From assembly GCA_036788695.1 (NCBI GenBank), contig DAIQMY010000001.1, positions 61,860 to 125,859 of the forward strand: a DNA stretch of 64,000 nt, in the 5' to 3' direction. This DNA is from Candidatus Levyibacteriota bacterium (lineage in GTDB: Bacteria; Patescibacteriota; Microgenomatia; Levybacterales; GWA1-39-11). The notes beneath the pieces were generated by a model, which worked only from the letters and a program-made list of their open reading frames with translations, ran no database searches and was not told the origin of the DNA. Shown here piece after piece: positions 17,972-27,411 of the stretch. Position 1 is the stretch's first letter, and the number at the start of each line of letters is the position of its first letter. The position numbers and the translations under genes were made by a program.

Positions 17972-19339
17972 CTATGCTTTCTTTTGCATTAAGTAGAGCG
18001 TTCTCTTACTGTCCCGGATGGCAACCTTTCTTTTTATGTCAAAATACTCTGAGAATTCTGCCTCAAAATCCTTTTGGGTGTACCATGGGAAAATATCTTT
18101 TCTGTTTGCAAGCAAAATCTGGATCTGAGAATCAGTTTTCTCAATAAATTCAATAATAAGGTTTCCTCCCATTTCAGAAAAACACGATGCCAAATATGAA
18201 AACGGTACATTACCTGGAAATACTAAATGATGAATAAGCGCCAATGCTAGAATAGTGTCCGCAGGCCCCCGGTCAAACAAAGACATACGCTCCTTTCCCT
18301 CCCACCCGAGTGACGGCGTAGGATTTGATAAATCTGAAAATAAAGGTAGGATATTTGTAACGTTTCCTTCTCTTAAGTGTAGGTAATTTTTTTCAATAGC
18401 ACCGTAATCAACATCAAAAGCCAAGACTTGTTCTGCTGATTTTGCGGCAATTTTACTAAAATGTCCCGTGTTTGCTCCCATATCCCAAACTACCTTGGCA
18501 CAACTCTCCTTCACAAACTTTTCAACCAATTCAGATTTATGGCGAAATGATGCAGATTTATAGTTGTTTTTATCTTCTTCATAATAGTCTTCCCATTGAG
18601 TACCCTGCGGACTCCACTTGAGACTTTTAATAGTTCCCTCCAGGTTATCAAGCAATCCAAGCAGCGCGCGTTTACTAAATTTTCTGCTTTTTGTTGCCCT
18701 ATCTATTTTCTTATTTGAGTATTTTTTCTGCGTTGATGCGTGGGCAAATATATGAAAAAGAAGTCTGGGGTTCAATCGGGCACGAACAGGAAGCATATGC
18801 GCTGTAAGCTCAATTGGAATTCCGTCTAAAAATGACTCTCCAAGTCTATTCAACCGTACATCTACATATGACATTAAACACAGAGGAGACAAAAAGTGCT
18901 CAACAAACTGTTTATAGGCAATCCATGGCTTTCCATCCTCATACTTCTCAAATGAAAGCGTATCAATAAAAATCGGCATATTATCTACAAACTGGATATT
19001 ATAAGCGCTTGCGTCCTTTAACGATAACTCATACTCCAACGCTTTCTTCTGAATATGAAGCGTAGTAAGCGCGGCATGTTTTAACATGCTAAATGACCAT
19101 TCATACCAGTATGAAATAAAAGGTATCTGTTGAGGCTCAATAACCTTCCAGGCATTAGCCTGATCCGGCATATTGATTTCTTTGTGTGTCACAAGCAATT
19201 TCTCGTCAGTGAGCGCGCTATAAAGACCGGATGACATAAGAAGTTCATAATCACTTTTATATGATTCATTTATATGGCGGTAAACAATGCCATTCCTACT
19301 AAAAACAAATCCGCTTGGATCTTTATATGATGCGGCCAT
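17972..19339 (-). CDS. Class I SAM-dependent methyltransferase with large N-terminal domain
   Basis: Motif I VWDMGANTGHFS (GxGxG-like) followed by the acidic LAFDVD motif II, in the C-terminal third. Confidence 0.55.
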   Translation of the reverse strand: MAASYKDPSGFVFSRNGIVYRHINESYKSDYELLMSSGLYSALTDEKLLVTHKEINMPDQANAWKVIEPQQIPFISYWYEWSFSMLKHAALTTLHIQKKALEYELSLKDASAYNIQFVDNMPIFIDTLSFEKYEDGKPWIAYKQFVEHFLSPLCLMSYVDVRLNRLGESFLDGIPIELTAHMLPVRARLNPRLLFHIFAHASTQKKYSNKKIDRATKSRKFSKRALLGLLDNLEGTIKSLKWSPQGTQWEDYYEEDKNNYKSASFRHKSELVEKFVKESCAKVVWDMGANTGHFSKIAAKSAEQVLAFDVDYGAIEKNYLHLREGNVTNILPLFSDLSNPTPSLGWEGKERMSLFDRGPADTILALALIHHLVFPGNVPFSYLASCFSEMGGNLIIEFIEKTDSQIQILLANRKDIFPWYTQKDFEAEFSEYFDIKRKVAIRDSKRTLYLMQKKA

Positions 19340-19355
19340 AGGAGAATTTTTTCTA

Positions 19356-19613
19356 TTACTCTTTTTTCTTCCCTGAGGATTTTTCAGAATTTTTTACTTC
19401 CTTTCCTTCTTTTTTGTTAGCAAAACTGCCCAAAAGTCCTTTAATTTGTGTCCACCAAGTTTTAACTAAAAAAAGTCCCGCAAAAAAAACTGCAGCAACT
19501 ATTTGTAAAATGTAACTTCCAGTTCCGGGATCCAAATATGCGTGGGCGTAAGGCGGAAATAAAACCACATATAAAACACTAAAAAAGACGATATGGCGAG
19601 TTATTTTTTTCAT
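19356..19613 (-). CDS. Small secreted/membrane protein (hypothetical)
   Basis: Signal-peptide-like N-terminus ...PPYAHA, one TM helix, Lys-rich tail. Confidence 0.35.
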   Translation of the reverse strand: MKKITRHIVFFSVLYVVLFPPYAHAYLDPGTGSYILQIVAAVFFAGLFLVKTWWTQIKGLLGSFANKKEGKEVKNSEKSSGKKKE

Positions 19614-19723
19614 GGGTATAAGAATGCTACTAATTGTACACTATTTTGAATTTACAACACAAGTCCAAATATTTGGATCATTTTCTACTTGACACAAAAC
19701 ACAAAACATGGGAATAATAAGTA

Positions 19724-20113
19724 ATGCCCAAAAAATCTGTCCATAAAAAAAAGACAAAGCCTGCAAAAAAAATCTACGAAAGACACTTTCTTTGGTCTAT
19801 CTTTTTTATCGCAGTAACTGCTGCGCTTAATATTTACTTTGTAGGAGACGCACGAATTATGGGTGATTCTTATACCTGGCCGTTGGTAGGCACACTCACG
19901 ACAATTGCAACGCTTCTTGTATTAGGATATGAGCGAAAAACTGGGAAATTAGGAAGTGGAAAGTACATGTGGTCCATATTTTTTGCCGCATTAACGCTTT
20001 CTGTCTCGCTTTATATCGCCAGTTCACAAAATTATTCTTCATGGTCTGTTATGGCAGCCGGCGCATCTGTAATTGCCCTTACTCTTCTCATTTACGAAAA
20101 ATACAACGGATAG
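19724..20113 (+). CDS. Small 4-TM membrane protein (hypothetical)
   Basis: Four hydrophobic segments. Lys-rich N-terminus. Confidence 0.4.
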   Translation: MPKKSVHKKKTKPAKKIYERHFLWSIFFIAVTAALNIYFVGDARIMGDSYTWPLVGTLTTIATLLVLGYERKTGKLGSGKYMWSIFFAALTLSVSLYIASSQNYSSWSVMAAGASVIALTLLIYEKYNG

Positions 20114-20145
20114 TTTTCCCTTTCTGCTGCATGTAAAAAATTCAT

Positions 20146-20886
20146 ATGTTTTTAATTCCAGAATCATCATGGGAGGTAAAAGATACAAAAGAGCACGGAC
20201 GTGGCATCTTTGCTACGAAAGAGATTTCAGCAGGAACTGTAATTGGCGACTACACAGGACGCGTAATTCGCCCTCAAGAAGAAGATGAAGTTGAAAAAGG
20301 CGCACACTTCTATTTAATGTATTATCATGACTATGCATCCATTTATCCTAATCTTAAAAAACCAGGGATTCATTTAATAAATCATTCCTGCACACCAAAT
20401 GTTTGGATGTACACATATCATGGGCATACGCTCTACTTTGCGCTAAGAAAAATATTCAGAGGTGAACAGATAACAGTGTCTTATCAGCTAAGTCCTCTGG
20501 ATAAAAATTGTGCCCCATGCACTCATACCTGCACATGTGGAGCAGCACTTTGCTTCCAAACCATGCATTTATCTCAAAAAAGATATAAAGAATGGGATGC
20601 ATTTCAAACAATACAAGAAGATAGAACGCCAAGAGAGCGCGTACGCTTTGGCGAACTACTCCCCCCTCTTGCCTCTTATCCTAAAAGCATTCCTGACAAC
20701 TCAATATATATTCTATTTGGCGCGAAACAGGAACTTTCTGTAAAGCTTATGGATAAAAAAATCCCTAGCAAAACAGAGATGAGAAAAATAATAAGAGACA
20801 CAGGACGCACTATTCAGTTTTACAATCTCAACCTAAAAGTACACGGAGTATTTGAAGATCTTCTGATTTCTGAATCAAGAAAATAA
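20146..20886 (+). CDS. SET-domain protein (putative protein-lysine methyltransferase) with Cys-rich post-SET and ~100-aa C-terminal extension
   Basis: GRGIFATKEISAGTVI (GxG motif), INHSCTPN (NHSCxPN), EQITVSY (ExxxxY), and post-SET CAPCTHTCTCGAALC. Confidence 0.75.
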   Translation: MFLIPESSWEVKDTKEHGRGIFATKEISAGTVIGDYTGRVIRPQEEDEVEKGAHFYLMYYHDYASIYPNLKKPGIHLINHSCTPNVWMYTYHGHTLYFALRKIFRGEQITVSYQLSPLDKNCAPCTHTCTCGAALCFQTMHLSQKRYKEWDAFQTIQEDRTPRERVRFGELLPPLASYPKSIPDNSIYILFGAKQELSVKLMDKKIPSKTEMRKIIRDTGRTIQFYNLNLKVHGVFEDLLISESRK

Positions 20887-20942
20887 TTGTAGAAAGAAGA
20901 AATTTTATAAATTTAAAAAAATGTTGTTTGAGCGGGCTTTTT

Positions 20943-20968
20943 TGCTGACATCAGCAAAAATTCAGAAT
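20943..20968. terminator. Terminator-like hairpin between convergent genes
   Basis: gggcTTTTTTGCTGAcatCAGCAAAAAtt: a 10-bp stem whose arms are themselves T/A runs, so it could act bidirectionally. Confidence 0.3.
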
Positions 20969-20993
20969 AGTACCTTCCTCCTCCTGAAAGCTA

Positions 20994-21299
20994 CTAAATA
21001 ACTCCTGAAAAAAGTAGAATTAAAATCAAAGCTGTAAAAACTGCGAAAACACCTACAGTTTTAACAAATAAATTCACTGCTTTTTTCTTCTTCCCCTCAA
21101 TAAAAAGCTGCAGTGGCTGATAAAAAAATAAAAAGACCATTACTGTAACTGAAAGTGTTAACAGTGATAAAAATACAACCGGGGCAAAAGCAGTGTCAGG
21201 CTTGTTCTTGTGGGTTTGGGATATGAGGTTAATGACTAAAACAACAATGCCAATGTAGCCTGCGGCACTAAGAGCATTAATAATAGGATTCTTGGACAT
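20994..21299 (-). CDS. Small 3-TM membrane protein (hypothetical)
   Basis: Hydrophobicity pattern only. Confidence 0.4.
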   Translation of the reverse strand: MSKNPIINALSAAGYIGIVVLVINLISQTHKNKPDTAFAPVVFLSLLTLSVTVMVFLFFYQPLQLFIEGKKKKAVNLFVKTVGVFAVFTALILILLFSGVI

Positions 21300-21393
21300 A
21301 TACTAATTATACCAAATAATTATGTGTTAGTCTTTAAAAATCTTAAAGTAGAAGCTACTTGTTTTCTTTATGTTAATATGTAATACTATTTAG

Positions 21394-22209
21394 ATGAGTG
21401 AACTTGGTACTAAAGACGGAACTCCTGGAATTGCTTCCGTAGATGCTGTCAAAAGACCAACAATTGCTAATCCCGATAGAGCAAGAAAAATAGATGATTT
21501 GCAAGATGCCTTTAGAAGAAAAAATCAAGAAGTCGGCGGTAGATTTCTAGTCGAAGTTCCCTTGGGAGACGGATCAGATAGAGTTGTGCAGGTATTAAGA
21601 CCAGATGCCTTAAAATCTGCCAAAACAAATTTTGACCCAAAAGCAAGCACTGTAGATCCTAATCTTTTAAATTATTTTGCTGGAGACGGCGATACAACAT
21701 ATCCTGCACTTCCTGTTGTTTTACCTGAAATTGGAAATTCTTGGGTATTTGGATCTATAAGATACGTCGGAGATAATCCAGGCGTTGAGGAGTTTACAGC
21801 TGAGATTATGGGGCACGATTCTATATCCCTGAATTGGGATGCTAGGGAAAAAAATTTTTTGGACCTTGCTCAGAAAAACGGTCTATCTTTTTATACGCAT
21901 CCTGGTCTTGAGGCGGATGATACGCCTTCATATGCGCATTCAATGGGAACAGGTAAAGTACAAATACTCTCTCGGGGTGAGAAGTGGGATAAAATACAAA
22001 TCCGAGAATTGCATAAACTTTTAGAGGGCTGGAAAGGTGGCGTACCAGCGGGAGGCTCAGGAATAGTACCTGTTCGGGGAAATGTTTCTACCGACCTTTT
22101 CAATTTGGCCATAAAAGGTGCATTCGAACGGGCAAAAGAAATAGAACGAGGTCCCTCACCAGATAGAAATATTAGAAATACAATAAATTTGCTTGAAGAT
22201 TTGAAATAG
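21394..22209 (+). CDS. Hypothetical protein (271 aa), no recognisable domain
   Basis: Long ORF with normal codon usage. No motif recognised. Confidence 0.4.
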   Translation: MSELGTKDGTPGIASVDAVKRPTIANPDRARKIDDLQDAFRRKNQEVGGRFLVEVPLGDGSDRVVQVLRPDALKSAKTNFDPKASTVDPNLLNYFAGDGDTTYPALPVVLPEIGNSWVFGSIRYVGDNPGVEEFTAEIMGHDSISLNWDAREKNFLDLAQKNGLSFYTHPGLEADDTPSYAHSMGTGKVQILSRGEKWDKIQIRELHKLLEGWKGGVPAGGSGIVPVRGNVSTDLFNLAIKGAFERAKEIERGPSPDRNIRNTINLLEDLK

Positions 22210-22430
22210 CTCTTTACTATTCTAACCTTTTCTTCTTGATCAATTATATTTAGACGCTTTTTAGGTATCACTTTGAACCTTGCTCCCCAAGCCTCTAGTC
22301 TTTTATGGTTCGCAAGCCAAAAAACACAAACCCGCTATTTGGATTTAAGAATTGTGTTTTTATCTGTTCAGTTTTTGGGACAGATATTTTTTTCTGCTTG
22401 TTTGGAAATTTAATTTTTTGCTAGCTTCCC

Positions 22431-23012
22431 CTATGAGTCTGTGCTGATGATTGGGGGTGTTGATCCTTTGAAAGCAACACCTTCTTGAGTTAAATCTTCC
22501 AATAAGACTGAGTATGCTTGAATATCCTCTGCTCCTGCTCGTTTTTCCCATGCAGGCTTGCGGGGGGTTCCAATCGGCTTCATAGTAATAGGTTCTTGTC
22601 TCCACGCTTTTGATTGCAAGCGAGCTTCTGAACCTTCAAGAATCAAAATTCTATCAAGTTCTTCTACGTCTACCTGGTAATCCAAATCTTTTGCTGAATC
22701 TGGATTTTCTGCTTTTGGATAAGCTGATGCTGATATGCTAACCGTTGTTAATGTTCCACCTTCTAATGGAATAGTTGCAATAAGAACAGTCTTACGTTTA
22801 TCTGGGTTACGTGGATCAAACTTGTCAAAGTTTGCGGGTGTAATGACTTCAGGTGCAGGAACTTTTGAAGTAATTAAACTGCCTAATTGTACTTTGAAAT
22901 CTGGAAGCATTTTCTTTGCCTCAGCCTCACTTAATTCTTTGGCTTCATTTGTCTTTCTCTGCTGGATAACCTGGTCAATAAGAGGATTTGGTCTTCTATT
23001 ACCTTCAACCAT
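22431..23012 (-). CDS. Hypothetical protein (193 aa), no recognisable domain
   Basis: Long ORF convergent with 21394..22209. No motif recognised. Confidence 0.35.
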   Translation of the reverse strand: MVEGNRRPNPLIDQVIQQRKTNEAKELSEAEAKKMLPDFKVQLGSLITSKVPAPEVITPANFDKFDPRNPDKRKTVLIATIPLEGGTLTTVSISASAYPKAENPDSAKDLDYQVDVEELDRILILEGSEARLQSKAWRQEPITMKPIGTPRKPAWEKRAGAEDIQAYSVLLEDLTQEGVAFKGSTPPIISTDS

Positions 23013-23339
23013 AATTGAAGAAATTTAATCATTTTAACCCCTGCTTGTCAATAAATGATTATGCAATGGCCACAATTCTAGCAAATTTAAACGCGCATGC
23101 TCAAATCTTACTAAGAATATGTAAAAACTAAAGATGTAATCTTAAACTGCGCGATTGTTTCAATGCAAATTAACAACTACTCTGAAGCTTTAGTAAAAGA
23201 TGGCTCCCCCGCTGGGAATCCCTTCTGCTATTTCAGCTACATTGAACTTTCTGAAATGTTCAGGGTAAACTTCTCGTCCTTACTGGGGAATTCGTTTTCA
23301 CCTTGCTTGCACTGAGTGAAGCAAAGCGAAACCGAAGTG

Positions 23340-23411
23340 CTCCCCCGCGAGGACTCGAACCTCGAACCTTTTCGTTAACAGCGAATTGCTCTACCATTGA
23401 GCTACAGGGGA
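23340..23411 (-). tRNA. tRNA-Asn (anticodon GUU); CCA not encoded
   Basis: Minus-strand sequence TCCCCTG-TA-GCTC-AATGGTA-GAGC-A-ATTCG-CTGTTAA-CGAAA-AGGTT-CGAGG-TTCGAGT-CCTCG-CGGGGGA-G folds as a cloverleaf. 7-bp acceptor (U1:A72, one G-U), D-loop GG, U33, anticodon GTT, A37, T-loop TTCGAGT, discriminator G73 as in bacterial tRNA-Asn. Confidence 0.85.
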
Positions 23412-23553
23412 TTACCCATTACTAAGTGCTTGATATTTTAGCATGTAGGAATATTGAAATCTAGAGTTGCATGGGTAAAAATCCTAGGTACAAAAATATC
23501 TCCACCCTTCTCTGCTTTGACTTCAGGCTCACTTTACTTCATAATGGAGGCTC

Positions 23554-25032
23554 ATGATTCAAGTTAAAAATGTCTCCTTTAATCATTTACGTCCTATTTT
23601 TAAGGAAATCAGCTTTACGGTAGGGGTTGGACAAAAAGTAGGATTAGCAGGGCCAAACGGTGCGGGTAAAAGTACCCTTTTTAACCTTTTAACACGGCAA
23701 GAATTACCCCATGAAGGAAATGTAGAAATAGAAGGGTCAGTTGTTTTAGTTCCCCAAGAAGTAAAAAGAGATCCAATTTTGGAAAAATCTCAAACAGCAC
23801 GCGAATATTTAGATGAGCAGTATATACATGACAACCGGGATATTCTGGAAATGTTGCGCGGTCTAGAACTTTCTGAGATTGAGCTGTACGAATCAGCACA
23901 TGGGCTAAGTGGTGGTCAAAAAACAAAACTGGCAATTGCCCGAGCGCTCCTTCATACGCCTGACATACTTCTCCTGGATGAACCTACCAACTTTTTAGAT
24001 ACAAAAGGAAAACTATGGGTAATGAATTTCCTTAGTACATACCCAAAAACCTTAATCTTAGTCTCGCATGATCTAGAGCTATTGGATAAATCTATTGATA
24101 AAGTGATCGTAATCAATCCGGAAAACTCAAAAATTGAAGAATATAAAGGAAATTACAGTCAGTATATAAAGCTTAAGGCACAGCACGATGCATTACTCAT
24201 AAGGCAAATAACAAATGAGGTGAAACATGTAAAAAGGATGGAAAAAAGCTTAGTGGGACTCATGAGCAGAAAGTCAGAAAAGGGTGTAAGACAGCGTGTT
24301 CAGCTTCAAAAACGGATCGAAAGAATAAAGGAGGCACTCCCCCCGCTTCCTAAAGAAGCAAAGCGAATCCAAGTAGCACTACCAAAACCTCAACCTCTTT
24401 CTGACGCACCCATAAAGGTACAGGATATAAAAAAGAGTTTTCAGGAAAAGCTTATATTTGAACATCTCTCCCTCATAGTTAATAGGGGTGAGCGAATAGC
24501 ACTCATAGGACCAAACGGTGCGGGAAAAAGTACCCTAATCAAAATACTCATGGGTACGCTTATCCCGGACGTTGGAGAAGTAATTCGCAATGAAAAATTA
24601 AAAGTTGGATATTACTCACAAGAGTTTGAAACATTTAACTTCAACCAAACGCTTATAGATTTAATCGCGGAACGGGGGGCTATGCCACATGAAAAAATTC
24701 GGGCATTTCTGGCAGCATTCCTATTTAATGGTACAAAACCATTCCAAACCATAGGATCGCTATCTGGAGGAGAAAAAACAAGACTCTCAATTGCCACACT
24801 TCTTCTTGAGAATTATAACTTGCTGGTCTTGGACGAACCTACAACGTATTTAGATGTCATGTCTCAAAGAATAATTTTAGAAGCACTAAAAAAATACACC
24901 GGAGCAATTCTTATAGTAAGTCATACGGAGGATTTTATTAAGGAATTAAAGCCTGATCGAGCGCTACTGTTACCCGAAAATAAAGTGCTTGGTTGGTCGG
25001 ATGAGTTGCTTGACGAAGTCGGCAAAATCTAA
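23554..25032 (+). CDS. ABC-F family ATPase (tandem ABC domains, no TMD; EttA/Uup-like translation factor)
   Basis: Two Walker A motifs GPNGAGKST, two signatures LSGGQKTKLAIARAL / LSGGEKTRLSIATLL, Walker B LLLDEPTN / LVLDEPTT, and an inter-domain linker. Confidence 0.85.
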   Translation: MIQVKNVSFNHLRPIFKEISFTVGVGQKVGLAGPNGAGKSTLFNLLTRQELPHEGNVEIEGSVVLVPQEVKRDPILEKSQTAREYLDEQYIHDNRDILEMLRGLELSEIELYESAHGLSGGQKTKLAIARALLHTPDILLLDEPTNFLDTKGKLWVMNFLSTYPKTLILVSHDLELLDKSIDKVIVINPENSKIEEYKGNYSQYIKLKAQHDALLIRQITNEVKHVKRMEKSLVGLMSRKSEKGVRQRVQLQKRIERIKEALPPLPKEAKRIQVALPKPQPLSDAPIKVQDIKKSFQEKLIFEHLSLIVNRGERIALIGPNGAGKSTLIKILMGTLIPDVGEVIRNEKLKVGYYSQEFETFNFNQTLIDLIAERGAMPHEKIRAFLAAFLFNGTKPFQTIGSLSGGEKTRLSIATLLLENYNLLVLDEPTTYLDVMSQRIILEALKKYTGAILIVSHTEDFIKELKPDRALLLPENKVLGWSDELLDEVGKI

Positions 25033-25080
25033 TGTATTTCTAACTCTTGAAATTACGTTTTTCCACGTTATACTAACAGT

Positions 25081-25452
25081 ATGTTAAATTTAAATTCAAT
25101 AATGATAGGCACCTCAAAAGTTCAAGAAATGGCAGAGTTTTACAAGAAAGTATTTGATCGCCCGGCTGACATGGTTGATGGAGATTGGCATGGTTGGCAG
25201 GTTGGAAAGGGATTTTTAACCATCGGTGCACATTCTGAAATACACGGGAAGGCACAAGAACCTCAAAGAATCATTATGAATTATGAAACAACAGAAGTGA
25301 AAGAAGAATTTGAACGCATTAAAACTCTAGGCGCAACTGTCATAAAAGAACCATATGATATGGGAGGAGCATGGATTGCAACATTAGCCGATCCTGATGG
25401 AAATTATTTTCAACTTATGACTCCCTGGGAAGAAGTAAAACAGGCAAATTAA
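25081..25452 (+). CDS. VOC-superfamily (glyoxalase/bleomycin-resistance fold) protein
   Basis: ~123 aa with a beta-alpha-beta-beta-beta module pattern. C-terminal DPDGNYFQL, typical of VOC proteins. Confidence 0.55.
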   Translation: MLNLNSIMIGTSKVQEMAEFYKKVFDRPADMVDGDWHGWQVGKGFLTIGAHSEIHGKAQEPQRIIMNYETTEVKEEFERIKTLGATVIKEPYDMGGAWIATLADPDGNYFQLMTPWEEVKQAN

Positions 25453-25881
25453 ATGAAGACTGCATTAATTCCATATCTTAATTTTAACGGAATAGATACT
25501 GCAACTGCTATGAAATTTTATCAGGGTATTTTTGGTGGCGAACTAAAAATGAGTACATTTGAAGAATCTGGCATGGCAAAAAATGATACGGAAAAAGATT
25601 ACATAATGCACGCGGAACTAAAAACTGAAGACTTCTCCTTTATGGCAAGTAGTGGACAACCAGGAAATCCTATTAAATTTGGAGATAGCATAAGCCTAAG
25701 TCTTATTGGAACAGATGAGGCAGGACTCACTGAAAAATTCAATAAGCTATCCGCTGGTGGGAAAATAACCATGAAACTTGAAAAACAATTTTGGGGAGAT
25801 ATCTTTGGAATGTTAACTGATAAATTTGGGATTCAGTGGATGATAAACATAACTGCTGAAGAGGGAGAGAAAAATAAATGA
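25453..25881 (+). CDS. VOC-superfamily protein, PhnB-like (3-demethylubiquinone-9 methyltransferase-like domain)
   Basis: N-terminal PYLNFNG and C-terminal DKFGIQWMIN are characteristic of the PhnB/VOC subfamily. Confidence 0.55.
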   Translation: MKTALIPYLNFNGIDTATAMKFYQGIFGGELKMSTFEESGMAKNDTEKDYIMHAELKTEDFSFMASSGQPGNPIKFGDSISLSLIGTDEAGLTEKFNKLSAGGKITMKLEKQFWGDIFGMLTDKFGIQWMINITAEEGEKNK

Positions 25882-26276
25882 AACAATCCCCCGTGGTACA
25901 TTTTGAGATGCCAGCAAAGGATAATGCACGAGTTGCTAAATTTTATACTGAAGCGTTTGGCTGGCAAATGAACCAGTTGGGACCTGAGATGGGAAATTAT
26001 CTTCTTGCAGGGACTACTCCGGTTGATGAAAACCAGATGGCCTTAAATCCAGGCGCAATCAATGGAGGATTTTTTGAATGGAAAGATGAAGCAGGATTTT
26101 CCGCTCCTCATATTGTAATTCAGGTAGAAAATTTAGATGAATCTATTGAGGCTGTTAAGAAATCAGGTGGAGAAGTTATAGGTGAGAAAATGGATATTCC
26201 CGGAATAGGAACCTACGCTTCTTTCAGAGATACCGAAGGCAATAACGTTGGCATACTTCAACCACCAAAAGCATAA
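25878..26276 (+). CDS. VOC-superfamily (glyoxalase-like) protein
   Basis: VVHFEMPAKDNARVAKFYTEAFGW, then FRDTEGNNVGI. ATGA overlap with the upstream VOC gene. Confidence 0.55.
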   Translation: MKQSPVVHFEMPAKDNARVAKFYTEAFGWQMNQLGPEMGNYLLAGTTPVDENQMALNPGAINGGFFEWKDEAGFSAPHIVIQVENLDESIEAVKKSGGEVIGEKMDIPGIGTYASFRDTEGNNVGILQPPKA

Positions 26277-26323
26277 TACATTTTAAACAGTCTCCATTCA
26301 CAATTCATAATCCTTTGTTCGGC

Positions 26324-26668
26324 TTAATTTCTCGTGTGAAAAAAGCGCCAAAGTCCGTTAACTAAATAACATACTCCAATAAATACTAAAAGCATACGCC
26401 CAGGCAGACTACTGACTAATGATCTCACCATATCCCCCACCGCGACAAAGCCCCATACTGATGCGACAATAGCTGATAATAATATTGACACTCCAAAAAT
26501 TACTTTCATAAAGCTATCTACTCGTTCTGTAAAAAGATATGCAAGCTTGGTTCTTTCATGAACGGCAATCGTGTTCTTATTTTTTCCCTCTGGCCTCTCT
26601 AATAAATGCTCAAAAATATCCTCAAAAAAATCTTTTGCCTCTTCAATTATTTCCTCAAACATAACCAT
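26324..26668 (-). CDS. Small membrane protein (hypothetical)
   Basis: Acidic N-terminal region, then two TM helices. Confidence 0.35.
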   Translation of the reverse strand: MVMFEEIIEEAKDFFEDIFEHLLERPEGKNKNTIAVHERTKLAYLFTERVDSFMKVIFGVSILLSAIVASVWGFVAVGDMVRSLVSSLPGRMLLVFIGVCYLVNGLWRFFHTRN

Positions 26669-26712
26669 ATTCTACCGCGCGTTTTCCTATTTGCATTTGA
26701 TATACTTCACAT

Positions 26713-27078
26713 ATGAGAAAAATGCTTATACTAGATGCTTTCGGTTGGGGAATAGGACTTTGGCTCTTAGGGTACGCTCTTGGAATAGCTTTATTTGCTG
26801 TAGTTCCAACATCTCTTTTAGGATGGGTTATTTCTCCCATTGGGGTACTTGCTACTCTTTTTGTGCTCATTAAAAAGATCAAGTCTCACAATTTAAGCTA
26901 TTATCTTCTGTTATCTATCTCATGGACACTCATAGCGATTCTTTTTGATTATTTTTTCCTACTTCAATTGTTCCACCCAAAAGACGGGTATTATAAATTA
27001 GACGTATATCTCTATTATCTTCTCACCTTTACGCTTCCAATCATTGTAGGTTTTATGAAAACAAAAAAAACTACCTAA
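26713..27078 (+). CDS. Small 4-TM membrane protein (hypothetical)
   Basis: Hydrophobicity pattern only. Confidence 0.35.
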   Translation: MRKMLILDAFGWGIGLWLLGYALGIALFAVVPTSLLGWVISPIGVLATLFVLIKKIKSHNLSYYLLLSISWTLIAILFDYFFLLQLFHPKDGYYKLDVYLYYLLTFTLPIIVGFMKTKKTT

Positions 27079-27083
27079 TTACC

Positions 27084-27245
27084 ATGAAAATCAATGCAAA
27101 GTGGCACCTGAAAAACAAAATGCCTAAAAATCCTAAGATTGAAGAACAAATAAAATGGCACTTAGAACATATTAAAAACTGCACATGCCATCCTATCCCC
27201 GCAAAACTTCAGAAAATAATTGATACAAAAGATAAACAGAATTAA
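27084..27245 (+). CDS. Small Cys/His-motif ORF (53 aa), hypothetical
   Basis: Manual translation gives MKINAKWHLKNKMPKNPKIEEQIKWHLEHIKNCTCHPIPAKLQKIIDTKDKQN. It has a WHLEH...NCTCH motif and is below the ORF-track cutoff. Confidence 0.2.
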   Translation: MKINAKWHLKNKMPKNPKIEEQIKWHLEHIKNCTCHPIPAKLQKIIDTKDKQN

Positions 27246-27411
27246 ATCTAAAGCTTAGCCAATGTCTATCTATAAATCTGCTGTTTAAACTAGCATATTC
27301 CAGAGATTACATACAAAACTCTTGACCTATGTTAATAAATATTTTGATATACTGAATCTTACCTGGCTTAGGTCGCCTACGCAGCAAGTATTGCATTTGA
27401 AAAATAAAAAT

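Noticed and set aside
23153-23340. Possible small ncRNA downstream of tRNA-Asn (GC-rich hairpin ccttgcttgcactgagtgaagcaaagcg)
   Set aside because: It is a single imperfect hairpin without U-run or promoter. Nothing distinguishes it from ordinary intergenic sequence.
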